Shown: positions 52,105 to 64,000 of the stretch, piece by piece
Layout of the letters: each line of letters starts with the position of its first letter
Position numbering within the stretch: position 1 is the stretch's first letter
Assembly (NCBI GenBank): GCA_951406725.2
Contig: OX597817.1
Location: forward strand, 93,372,001-93,436,000
Reading direction: 5' to 3'
Length of the DNA: 64,000 bases
Source of the DNA: Octopus vulgaris
Taxonomy: Eukaryota
Translations under genes and position numbers: made by a program
Notes under the pieces: model-generated
What the model was told of the DNA's origin: nothing
Seen by the model: the letters and a program-made list of their open reading frames with translations, nothing else
Databases searched by the model: none

Positions 52105-53808
52105 ACACGTACACATACATACGTACACACATATACACACGTCGATTAAAAGAAAATTCTTAAGTAATTAACTATTTCAGTTTTTTATCAAACGTAGTTA
52201 ACATAGCATGTCACCGACTTCACGTGATCGGTGTGGGAAACATAATTCTGGAAGTTAGATGAAATAGTAACTTTTACCTTATGTTTAACATATCTGCTAT
52301 TTTGTGGAGAATATTGGAGGTTGTATTTTATTTGTATTTAGACTTCTGGAGAAGGATAGAAATTGTGTGATTTGATTTTTGAATTTCGAGATGGTGAACT
52401 CTAAGCTATCACAGGTAGAAAATTCAAACATTTGGGGAGAAGATAGAAAGGGTAAATATAATGAAAATGAAAATCGAAAACACTACGAAATGGAATGATG
52501 TCATGAAATAAAGACAATTCAAAACTCCACTTTAACTAAAGAACATCACAATTTCTAAGTAATTAATTAGTTAGAATTTAACTCTTTTAATTAGTTGAAA
52601 TAGATGCGATCATTAAATTATATATTCCTTACCACTGGAATTATAGAAAGATCGTTGCTTTCCATTGAATAAGGTTTTGGTATTACCCATTAAAAGATCC
52701 TTGCACGCTACTAGTTAATATGATGAAATCGATATTGGTACCTGATGATCCTTAGATTTCCACTCCATTGAACTTTTACCATTGATCCACTAAAGCCAAG
52801 AAAATTTTCCATCTATTATTTAAATACTGTTATCGACCTTTCTTCGCTAAGCCATATTTTTTTTCCGAAGTCTTTCATTATTGTAAACTGGCTTTCTGGT
52901 ATTAGAATTCAAAACTCCCCTATGGCTACTTTATTTAATTCTTGCTCCTTTCCATATTTTGTATCATCCCTATCTTTATTCTGCTTTGGTTATCAAAAGT
53001 CCTTCCAAACTTCATTTTATAGGTCCCTATAAAATATCTGTAAAATGTTTGGGGTATTAATGACTAAGTCAGTGGAAAAAGGGCAGTACTCTTCACCTCT
53101 TTATAAACTGGAAGACTTTAACAGGTCCACTCTATGGACTCAAGGACTAAGTGGTGGTTTTAGAGCAAGTAGTGAATTAAGCCTATCACAAAAGAACAGG
53201 AACAGTGTCTACGGCGGTCTTTCAGTTTCCGTCTACCAAGTTTCATCCAAATGACTTTAACAGACTTTAAGCTAGGGTAAAAAGTGCTTGCCCATAGTAG
53301 AATTTGATCAGAGAAATTTGAATGCGAAACCACGTAAATGTGAAGCAAACTTCTTAACCATACAACCATACATAAGCCCGGACATTACTGGATTAGTGGC
53401 CTAATGGAAACGTGTTATTACGCACAATTTATCTCCTGATTTAAAAATAAACATCCCTAGTTCGAATCCAGTTCAATACTTGATGATAAGTTCAGCACCT
53501 TAGAATAAGATACCTGATGACGTTAAAAGTCAAATCGGCCAAAACGTAGTGAAGATGCAAATATTAGAAAAATTAAGAGGTACTTGTTCTTTGGTAAGTA
53601 GTCAGATCACAGACATCATGAGTGATGTGAGTGATGGAACAACAACCAGTCAGATAGTGTTTATTCTGTAGGATATTGAACAGCTAATCATATAGTGGTC
53701 ACTTACCTTGTTATACCTCTGGTAAAAAAAAAAAGGGACAATTCGTTCTTCACTTTGTAGAAATTTCCTCCTCTGTGATAAATCCTGAATATGTAATCCC
53801 GGGCATAC

Positions 53809-53865
<57 letters not shown>

Positions 53866-54789
53866 TTTGGCACAATGCCAACTATATCGGGGGGAGGGGA
53901 TAAGCCGATTACATCGGCCCCAGTACTTGACTGGTACTTATTTATCTCTCCCAAAAGGATGAAAGGCAATAATAATAAGAGATTGGAGAAGGAAAGGAAG
54001 GGAGAAGTAGAAGACGGAGGAGGAGGAAGGAAGAAGCAGGATTGTCGTTAAATAAATAAAATATCTGTTATGGAGTAGGTAGAGGTTGGATTGGTCAATG
54101 CAATATGGGTGTGTCAATGGGAAGAACTGAATATCGGGAAAATATTGTTTGCGGTCGAGAAAGAACTCTGGTTAATAGAATGACATTGTGTGAAAGGTTT
54201 CGGTTACATATATAAATATATAAAGGAAAAGGGGTGGGAGGTGGAAAGAGACGGAATAGAAGGAATGATGGAATGGCATGGTGGTGGGAAGAATGGAGGA
54301 GTGTATGTTAGAGGAACATCTGATCAAATATGGTAGTAGAGGGAGAGGTTAAGAGAGAAATAGAAGAGGAGTTAGAGAGAATAGGTGAGGTGTGAAGATA
54401 AAAAATCGGTAAGATGTATGGTATATAAAGAGTAAGAAGGAGAAGAGAGGTCGAGAGTAGTAGGAGGAGATCTGAAAAATAGAGTGAGTGCGGTGGTGGG
54501 AGAGGGAGTTGATATCTTAGAGATCAGCTTGGAGAGGAAGGTATAATAGTGAGGTATAATAGAAGGTATGAAGAGAGAGACAGAGTGAGTTAATAAATAT
54601 GTGAGTGCTTGTGTGACTATGTGAGCGTGAGCGAGTGTATGTGTGTTTGTATGTGTGTGAATATATATGTGAATATGTGAATTTGTGTGTGCGGGGAGGT
54701 GAGTGAGTTAGTGAGTATGTAAGTGTGCGTGAGAGTGTGTGTATGAGTGACGAAGAAAGAAAAGGAGAAATAGTGGTTTGATGGTGCTC

Positions 54790-56300
54790 CTGTGAAAAAA
54801 ATGTCTGCTTACTCCAGCACGTAAGCCTGTAACAAAATTGATTATGGCAGTAGCATAGACTTGTCAGTTCAATTCTGCAACCTTAAGGCTCTATCCCTAG
54901 GACTAGTTGATGTTGATAGTAAAAAAACAGTGACATGGGGAACTAAAGATGCTTAAAATAAAATAGCGTATCTCATGAGACGAGGGGAGAGCGTGAAATG
55001 AAAGCATCTCTCTTAGCACAACCAATGTTAGTGGTGGCTTTGATAACGTGGCGCAAAAGTGTTTTGGTACTTAAATTTGCACCGTTAAAAAGTTTTGATG
55101 CATCCAAATAGGTTCTCCTACTTTCAGTTGCAGATTATAAGGGAGGACACCAGTGAGCTGAACAGTTTTGAAAATTTTTGTTGGTAAGTTGGTAGCATTA
55201 TCAACATCATATACTCTGTGAACTGACTTGTATCATTTGAATTAGACTGATACCTGTTAAATAATGGTGGTGTTAATACCCTGCACATTCTAGAGCTAGG
55301 GTGGCACTTCAGAAATCCACTCTTAGTTTCTATAATTCTGTGAGGGTCTAGGATAAATTTTCATTAGTATTTCTATCATACTTTTCATAATTTGACATTT
55401 CCACCCTCAGTGCCAGCTGCTAGTCGGCCATTGCCCCCGAATGATGTTAAAACATTTGCAAAGTGAGTTGCTGAGATATCCCTGTTAAGCTACAACTCTC
55501 ATGTTGTTAGAATGATGAAATGTACCTTTGGGAAATGTACCTTTGGGATGACTGGCAGAGTTTACCTGAAATCCACCTCTGCGTGTGTTGCAAGGTGCAA
55601 CTGAGAGCCTCAAAAGCAAGTCTGCGATACATTGCTCGTTTATCTCATAAGTTCAACTTCATCTGCTTCAGATCCTCTTTACCGGTATTATACATCTTGA
55701 TAGTCTCCCGAATCTGAGAAAGACAATTCCGCAATTTCTCACTGAACAACCTGCACAGAAGATTTGTTTATAGTGATCGATTGTTTATGCTATACATGAG
55801 TTCATTCTTTCCATCAAATCAACATTGCCTGTTCAGACGCATGATGTGCCACACGTCAGATGTTGAAGTGATCGCAATTTTTATACGCACAACTTTTATA
55901 ATGTACAAGGTTAAGTGAAGGCTTCAAATCAGAATGAGCATTTTTACCACGTATGAGCAAAGTTGCTGTAATTTCAGAGGACGTCTGAATAGCAGCCTGT
56001 GTGAACTAATTTTTGCCAAAATTAGGCTGATCAAGAGTTTTTTAGCTACACAGTTAATAGCATCAAAGAAAACTATTCCTCGTGTGTCAGATATCATACT
56101 TGCTTGAGTTTTGTTTAAGTTTTGTTTTATCTGGAACCATGAGATTATTATAGTGGACATACTGTTCCGGGTACTGAATGTCATTGCTAGTTTCATAAAG
56201 AATCTTGTAATTAGAAGTTGAAGCTGCAATTTGTACTCGATTAACAGTCTACTATGTTCAAAATTTTTGCCAACCATGAACAGTACAGTATTATCAATAC
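54790..56300 (-). pseudogene. Helitron PIF1-like helicase relic
   Basis: Decayed motifs in the expected order: VFFDA...KKLLISLILAK (Walker A region), DFR*TLPVIPKG, GVLPYNLQLKVGEPI and FPMSL...G.SLKVA. Confidence 0.7.
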
Positions 56301-56802
56301 GTATTAGTAACTGGCTAATCTGGCAGCGGTAAACTCTTGATGTGGTATTTTTCTACTCTTGTTGTATTTGACTAGGTATATCTTCTGCCATACTGTCCTT
56401 GTGATTATGCTAAATTCGCTGAGATTGGAAACAACAAGCAACTGTTTTGGGATCTTCGGATAATAATTGGATTATGAATACTGTGCAAAAGTTGTGTGAA
56501 ATTTAACTTGATTACCTAAATTCTTCATTTAAAATCACGTCCCCCAAGACGTTAGTTATTGATAGAAAATAATTTATTCTTCCATAGTACATCTAATACA
56601 GTTCTATATGTAAGAGATGAGTATATTTAACTTCGTATATATTGATAGCAAAGCATGTTTTATTAATGTGATCTGCTAGTATCTGCAACAACACCATGAA
56701 ACAAAATATCTGTACTATAATAAATAATCTGCATGCTAATTAGTTATGAGTATGCAACTTTTACTACAAGAAAGTAAGTCAACAATATCTATAAATTTAT
56801 AA

Positions 56803-57217
56803 ACTCTTTACTCTTTTACTTGTTTCAGTCATTTGACTGCGGCCATGCTGGAGCACCGCCTTTAGTCGAGCAAATCGACACCGGGACTTATTCTTTGCAA
56901 GCCCAGTACTTATTCTATCGGTCTCTTTTGCCGAACGGCTAAGTGACGGGGACGTAAACACACCAGCATCGGTTCTCAAGCAATGCTAGGAGGACAAACA
57001 CAGACACACAAACACACATACACATACATATATATATATATATATACATATATACGACAGGCTTCTTTCAGTTTCCGTCTACCAAATCCACTCACAAGGC
57101 ATTGGTCGGCCCGGGGCTATAGCAGAAGACACATGCCCAAGATGCCACGCAGTGGGACTGAACCCGGAACCATGTGGTTGGTTAGCAAGCTACTTACCAC
57201 ACAGCCATTCCTGCGCC
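56803..57217 (-). mobile_element. SINE family 2, full length
   Basis: Complete reverse-complement copy flanked by TATAAATTT-like direct repeats. Confidence 0.88.
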
Positions 57218-57829
57218 TATAAATTTCAATTTTAATTTTTCAGCAAAATATTTCTTTCGTTATTGAACACTATGTACATGATTCAATTAGAAAATCATTT
57301 TTATTCAATACGACATAGTCAGCATTTTTAAATATCTTACACTTGTATCAGTTTTCTTTCACTGTTTCCTTGCAAAGCTCTCTCTGGTACTCTCTTTCCA
57401 TCTCTTCTTTCTTTACTGCCTTTATTCTTATTAGTCTTTTTTTTTTATCTCCCACTCTATCATTTCCTTCAGAAGACACAAAGACTACAGTAATATTGTT
57501 TTTTAGAAACATACTGAAAATTCTTGGTGAATAAATATGCTCTCTGGCATCTTCTGTTGTTTTAAACCAGTTACTTGGTGATTCTCAAATAAAAATCAGA
57601 AATTTCGCATGTTCACATCTATAATATTTACTATTGATATGCTGATATTATGCTTTCTCGTCCACAGTTCCCTATGGTCAAAATAATTTTCAAATATATA
57701 TTTAGTAAAGAACTCACAAGTGTTCTGAGTAATTTTCTATTAGAATATTAACGTTACAAATCTGTTGAACAGTGTTTCTCTCTTCTTGGAAACAAGCCTA
57801 TAATTACTAAAGCAAATTATAAAGAATTT

Positions 57830-58082
57830 TTTTTTTTTGCATATTCGTAATCTCCGACATCTAAAACGTAGGAATCCGAAAAAAGTTTCTCAAAAAATGC
57901 ATTTATCTGTATTTGATTTCGATTTGCATATTTTCATCAATTCGCTACAATCTCTTTAAAGTAAACAAAATCAAAACTTCAAATTGGAGGTGGTGGGATT
58001 AAATATTTTTTTTTGCATATTCGTAATCTCCGACATCTAAAACGTAGAAATCCGAAAGAATTTTTTTTTAAATGCATTTTTC
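57830..58082 (+). repeat. ~70-bp direct repeat pair
   Basis: TTTTGCATATTCGTAATCTCCGACATCTAAAACGTAG(G/A)AATCCGAAA at ~57835 and ~58011. Confidence 0.8.
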
Positions 58083-59033
58083 AAGGAGAGGTGCGAAGCT
58101 GCATTAGCCCCGAATGTATATCTAGAAAGCAACTTACGAACAATATGAGTGTGGAGGTATATAGGTATCTATGTATGTATGTATGTATATATGCGTGCAT
58201 GCATGTATGTAGCACTGACATCGAATAAACAGTAAAACGGCAATACCTTGCTTGATTAACTAATTAAGTGAAGTGTATCGTTGTTTTCACACATGGTGTT
58301 TTTTTTTTATTTTATTTTTTTTTTTTGCTTTGTTGTGCTATAACAATTAATTCAGTTCCATGCTCCAGTGTATAAAACATCATCACAAATTTCATAAAAA
58401 ACATCAGTGACATAAGCACCTCATCTACTTTAATAGTTCTATATAGTTCCAGGTGATTTATCACATTTTAGTATTGTAAATGCTTATGCAACATCTGATA
58501 TCATTTGTGTTTCTTTCTGTATATTAAAGGAAATTTCTTTCCTTAATTATGTTAACACGTTACTATCTACTACCGTTTTGTGACTGTAAATTTCATCGCA
58601 GTCTTCTCTCCATCTTTCAGTTTCTCCATTTGTTTTGGTTAGAACGTTGCCATATTTTTCATTAACAACTTCGCATTTAGTTACCCATTCTTTGGTTAGA
58701 TTTTTTTGGAATTATTTATTTTATGATTTGTTACTAGTTCTTTATGTCTTTATTTAACCCAAGTGCTTTTTGCTGGTTTAATTTTCTTTTCTACTTTCCA
58801 ACCGGTTAATCTACTGGTTCGTTTCCATATCATATTTGCTTCAGGCCACCTCTTTCAGCAAAACTAATTAAAAGCCCACAGGTTCTAATTCAGAAATTCC
58901 TCCAAAGACAAACGACATTTACTATGTATGAAGTCTGCAGCTTTTATGAAGTTTTCTCAAAAATACATGAGATGTAGCTGTTTTTTATTTCCCCTTTCTC
59001 ACTTCAATGCTGCTAGTCATTCATTCATTCATT

Positions 59034-59099
<66 letters not shown>

Positions 59100-59381
59100 A
59101 ACTCTTATTCTCTCTCTTTCTCTGAAATGTTGCGATGTTGCATTAGTAACATTTTGCTTTGTTTTCATATCTATCTCCCGTCTCTGATCTATAAACTTGA
59201 GTCGCTGTCACAACAAATAAGTTACAATTAATAAGTATATACGGCATTTCTTGAGGTTTATTTGTTGCTTTACAAGCTATGAATACGACTTTTGTGGTGA
59301 CGAAATATCAATTGTTGACTGCATATAAACTGTATATCAGTCTATAATAGCCTTCTAAATGTTTAACAATGATGATTGCTA

Positions 59382-59425
<44 letters not shown>

Positions 59426-59845
59426 TTCAGCTGTAAATTATTCGATGGGCAGGTTGTTAGGATATATTGATACAGCAAATTATTGTTGCTGCTGTTGGTA
59501 GGGGTTGATGCTTTGGGATGATGGTGATGGTGGTAACGATAATGACTATGATTGTGGCGGTGACGATGATGATGTTCATCGACATCATTATCATCATCAT
59601 CGTTGTCGTCGTCGTTATCATTATCATCATTATCATTATCGTCATCGTCGTCATCATCATCATCATCATTATCGTCATCGTCGTTGTCATCATCATCATC
59701 ATCATTATCCAATTGTTATTGTTGTTGCTGTGCTTGAGGAGAAAGCAAATGTATTCAAACATAATTCTGAGGAAGAGTCAGATTAGTGTTTGTTGTTGTT
59801 ATTGTTCTTCTACTACTAATACTTCTTCTTCTTCTTCTTCTTAGC

Positions 59846-59896
<51 letters not shown>

Positions 59897-59924
59897 TGTT
59901 GTTGTTGTTGTAGTTGTTATTGTT

Positions 59925-59999
<75 letters not shown>

Positions 60000-60640
60000 A
60001 ATTTTGAAATATTTATCTGTCACTTGTTCGTTGTTGGACATTTTTGTTATATTTTGTAAATATTAGCTTTGTATAACTGTTTTCTTCTTCGTCTGCCTCA
60101 AAAATTTTGAACATGTCTCCTAATTTTTTTAAAACACGAATATGAACTTAAAAATCAAATTTGGCACGCAGGAAGAAAAACTGACAACACTTAATCAAAC
60201 AAGCACAGATATATTCATAGCGCAGAAAAAAAAAACAATTTCACTAAAGACAAACATCAATGAAGACGGTCACAAAAATAGCAATCTTATGCTAATATTG
60301 CCTGCGGAATAGTAAATCTGAATAGAGTCGACTCTCATGAACAAAATAAAGAAATTATGACACGTATGTCACAAAACTCTCAGACCCCTTATCTTCTTAG
60401 AATAAAAGTTTAAACTCTCTTTCTATTAAATAGAGAGGCTCAGTACGCCTTCAAAGAAGCAGTCGAAAGAAGTTGCAACTGATAAATGGAATATTCTTGT
60501 TTCCAACGACTGAGAAAGAACATATGAGACTCTATGCTTAGTCTTCGAAACCGATTATAAGGTAAGGCAATAGTTTGAATTGATGCTCACGGGTTTCTGC
60601 TACAATAAATAAAAAGGCACGAGACAACCAAAGATATTGA

Positions 60641-60853
60641 TTTCAAATTTTGGCACAAGACCAGCAAGTTCAGGGGTGGGGATAAGTCGATTACATCGAC
60701 CCCAATGTTCAACTGTTACTTTATTTTATCGATCCCGAAGGATGAAAGGCTAAGTCGACCTCGGCGGAATTTGAACCCAGAACATGAAGACGGATGAAAT
60801 GCTGCTAAGCATTTTGCCCGGCGTGCTAACGATTCTACCAGCACGCCGCCGTA
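60641..60853 (-). mobile_element. SINE family 1 with ~19-bp TSD
   Basis: AGACAACCA(A/G)AGATATTGA on both sides. Confidence 0.88.
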
Positions 60854-61168
60854 AGACAACCAGAGATATTGACAGCGATATTGACCTAAGTCAATTTATT
60901 GATGCTATAAAAGTAGTTTGTGAGCGCTAACGCAACCAAAATCGACATGTAGTACAGTGGGATCTGCATGGACATCGATATTCTGAAGACAACCGAGTCA
61001 TTCCATAGTTAAACCCCATTGTCGGTATAAAAAGAAAAGTGACATGACTGGCCTTTCATCCTTTCGACGCCGATGAAATAAGTACCACTTATGCACTGGG
61101 ATCGATGTAATCGACTGGCTCCTTTACCCAAATTTTCAGACCTTGTGCCTTTAGGAGAAAGGATTTTT

Positions 61169-61614
61169 GGTTCTCTTTTGGCGTGTAATCTACAAGGGAA
61201 ACTACTTTAGGTTACTTTTTAAATAATTTTGTACATATTTAGCATTGTAAATGTATCTTTTCAAAATTCTTACTATTTTAACAAGAAAACCATCTGATAA
61301 TTAAAATAAGCGCGTAGATCATCCACAAAAGTAGATCACACGGAAAGTAACCCTAACAAAAGGTAAGCCAAAACGTTACCTAAAGTAATCTTCTTTTAAA
61401 TTGTAGGTCACACAGCAAAGTGGCACGTTTCTTTTTCTTAAGAAATGATGTGAATTTAGTGCTGGTTTCTTGTAAAAATGCAACTCTTCGTCTCGTTGCT
61501 GTTCTCATTTTTAAAATCTTTAGCCAACATCTTACGGGTATTTAGAAATTGAAAAGTAAACTAAAAAGTAACCTAAAGTAATCTCCCTTGTAGATCACAC
61601 GCCAAAGGAGCACC
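61169..61614. mobile_element. MITE, Merlin-type, inserted at the tail of a SINE
   Basis: ~50-bp TIRs GGT(T/G)CTC(T/C)TTTGGCGTGT(A/G)ATCTACAAGGGA; 8-bp TSD GGATT(T/A)TT. Confidence 0.78.
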
Positions 61615-62076
61615 GGATTATTATTATTATTATTATTATTATTCAATCTGACGGAATGCCCGTGTTTGTTCGCTCGTGTTTCGCTCTTAATTCTGTTTCC
61701 AAAAGTTGGTCATTGGTTATTTTGTTACAAAACGTTTGTCAAAACCACCACCTTTGCATGGGTCTAGTTGTTTTCGTTGTTGGTGCACATTTGGGTACTA
61801 AAATCTGAGAAATAATTTAAAATATTCATTTTACAGCTATATATTTCAGAGATGAGGAATTATGTACATTATTTACATTATTTACATTCGACGGATATTT
61901 GTCCTCATTTTGTTTGTTGTTTGACTTCATCCTCTCTCTTCTTCATAATTGGAGTGGATAGTATACTTTTGGGGTAGTTGTTGCTTAATAATAATAACAA
62001 TAACAACAACAACAACAGCAACAACAACATCGAAAAATACCTTAGGAATGAGAACCCAGGTTCGAAATTTCCCCAA

Positions 62077-62122
62077 GACACCTGAAGATGGCTGGAGGGT
62101 ATATCAGCCGAAACGTTGTGTT
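62077..62122 (+). ncRNA. Minimal type I hammerhead ribozyme motif (PLE-type, palindromic stem III)
   Basis: GACAC-CTGAAGA-T-GGCTG(GAGGGTATAT)CAGCC-GAAACGTT-GTGTT; stem I is GACAC/GTGTT and AACGTT is a palindrome. Confidence 0.7.
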
Positions 62123-62261
62123 AACAGCAAACAAGATGAGGACAAATATCCGTCGAATGTAAATAATGTAAAAAATGTTCATTTTGTTTCGAAAAATTAA
62201 TTTAAAAAGCAAACATGGCGAAGTCAGCCTCGCTGAGGGACATGGAAGAGGAGGTGAGTAC

Positions 62262-62302
<41 letters not shown>

Positions 62303-62410
62303 TATGTATATATATGTGTATATATATATATACATATATATATATATACATACATATATGTGTATATATATACACATACATATGTATCTATATATATACA
62401 TACATATATA

Positions 62411-62446
<36 letters not shown>

Positions 62447-62564
62447 CATATATGTGTATATATATACACATACATATATATGTATATATATATATATATA
62501 TATACACAAAGACATATATATACATATATATCTATATATACATATATATGTATACAAACACATG

Positions 62565-62630
<66 letters not shown>

Positions 62631-62736
62631 TGTATATAAATATGTGTATATATATACATACATATATATGCATATATGTACGCACATATATGTATATATA
62701 AGTGTATATATATATATGTATATCTATGTATATATA
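62262..62736. repeat. (TG)n/(TA)n compound microsatellite
   Basis: Directly visible. Confidence 0.95.
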
Positions 62737-63995
62737 CAGGGTGGGGAAGCAAAATTTACAATAAACGTTAAGTTGTTTTTTCTCAGCAGGCACTAAGTCA
62801 ATTGTTTTGAAATCTAGCCTATATGGATGTCATAATCATACCTAAAACTATTATCATTACCTATTCAGAAACTTTTGCCCATATGAGTAATCAGGAAAGC
62901 AAAAGTCAAAGAGAGTGTGATTTGTTGAATGCACTCGTCACACCAAATGAGATTTCAAGAATAGTTGGAGTGTCCATAAAGACTGTTTATAATGTAAAGA
63001 ATAGAATGACTATGAGCAAAACTATTAAGAGGAAGTCTGGAAGTGGAAGAATGAACAAAAAACGTACCAAAGCTTTTATTAAAGCTCTCAAATCCAAAAT
63101 CCTAAAAGATCCAACCAAATCCATGAGTAAAATGGCAATTGAACTTGGAGTAGACAACAAGACAATTAGAAATGCACTAAAATATGATTTGAGGTTAAAA
63201 TCTTACACAAGAACACCAAAACACTTGTTGACAACAGCTATGAACGAAAAGAGATTGGAAAGGTGCAAGAAATTTATTACATGGCTCAAGAAAAAGTCCT
63301 CCATTGTAACGATCTTTTCAGATGAAAAGATCTTCACTGTCGATGCTGTTCTGAACCGCAGAAATGACAGATTTATTGCAAAATCAACAGCTGAGGTTAA
63401 GGGGACATTCAAAACAAAACATCCTGTTCAAGTTATGGCTTTTGGTGTCGTGGCTTCCGATGGAAAGATAATGCTTATAAAATTCTACAAAGCTGATGAA
63501 AAGATCAATGTTAATACTTACTATAAGACTCTGAGATACCAGGTATTGCCATGGCTTAAAACAAACTACCTGAATAGCAATTATGTATGGACACAGGATG
63601 GTGCTCCAACCCACATAGCTAGAAAAATACGAGATTTCTGCAAATCTAACTTTAGCAATTTTTTGGAATCATGTTTATGGCCGCCTTCTAGCCCAGATAT
63701 AAACCCTCTGGATTATGCTATTTGGGGCGATCAATGCCGACTCTCTTAAAGATACTATTAAAGAAGAATGGGAGAAGTTGTCTCCCGAATATTTGAGGAA
63801 CACTCGTGCAAGTTTCAGGAAGCGTGTGAAGGCAGTTATTGAGAAAGAAGGGGGGGGACATAGAATAAAAACATTTTCTATTATGTAAATTTTCTTGTGG
63901 CAAATAAATTCTCATGACATTCAATAAATTAATTGGTCATACACTGTCTTTCAGTCCCTGCTTCAAAATATTGTAAATTTTGCTTCCCCACCCTG
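62737..63995 (+). mobile_element. Tc1/mariner DD37D (maT) transposon, 27-bp TIRs, TA TSD
   Basis: TIR CAGGGTGGGGAAGCAAAATTTACAATA at both ends, each flanked by TA. Confidence 0.95.
62883..63870 (+). pseudogene. DD37D transposase, frameshifted near the C-terminus
   Basis: IFSDEKIF and WTQDGAP-37 aa-SPDINPLDY; after AIWG (~63728) a deletion shifts the frame and SLKDTIKEEWEKL...AVIEKEGG continues in another frame. Confidence 0.88.
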
Positions 63996-64000
63996 TATAT

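Noticed and set aside
53505-53555. CTGATGA...AAAACGTAGTG hammerhead-like remnant
   Set aside because: No GAAA and no convincing stem II.
53975-54770. Purine-rich and TG-rich stretch
   Set aside because: Low complexity with no ORF or definable termini.
60505-60562. GAGACT...AGTCTT-CGAAACCG hairpin
   Set aside because: No CUGANGA at the required position.
62042-62796. YI/CV-rich ORFs (similar ones at 26393-26962, 30984-31388, 45670-46122, 59308-60041)
   Set aside because: Dinucleotide and trinucleotide repeat artefacts.

Overview
AT-rich, repeat-dense eukaryotic DNA, most likely octopus/coleoid cephalopod (inferred from the SINE families and microsatellite density). One host gene is supported: a minus-strand SLC16/monocarboxylate-transporter-family MFS gene with four coding exons (40057-40426, 24854-24997, 20665-21816, 1109-1290). 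All three introns are phase 1 GT-AG, giving 615 aa. Nearly all the rest is mobile DNA. It includes a head-to-tail stack of R4/Dong-like (RLE) LINEs in (TAA)n, one only two lesions from intact, and a second RLE family tied to (CATA)n. Tx1-like L1-clade LINEs use the same microsatellite in the opposite orientation. There is a truncated Gypsy element fused in frame to a Tx1 RT, an RTE with an inverted segment, Penelope-like fragments and Helitron remnants. DNA transposons comprise three Merlin-type MITEs, a mariner relic and a DD37D (maT) element, and three tRNA-derived SINE families are present. The main non-obvious signals are hammerhead ribozyme motifs (one apparently complete, on the gene's sense strand at 41251-41315), a SINE tail resembling the Tx1 3' end, and a mirror-symmetric microsatellite/retroelement block centred near 27385. 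All calls were made by eye and no database search was run.
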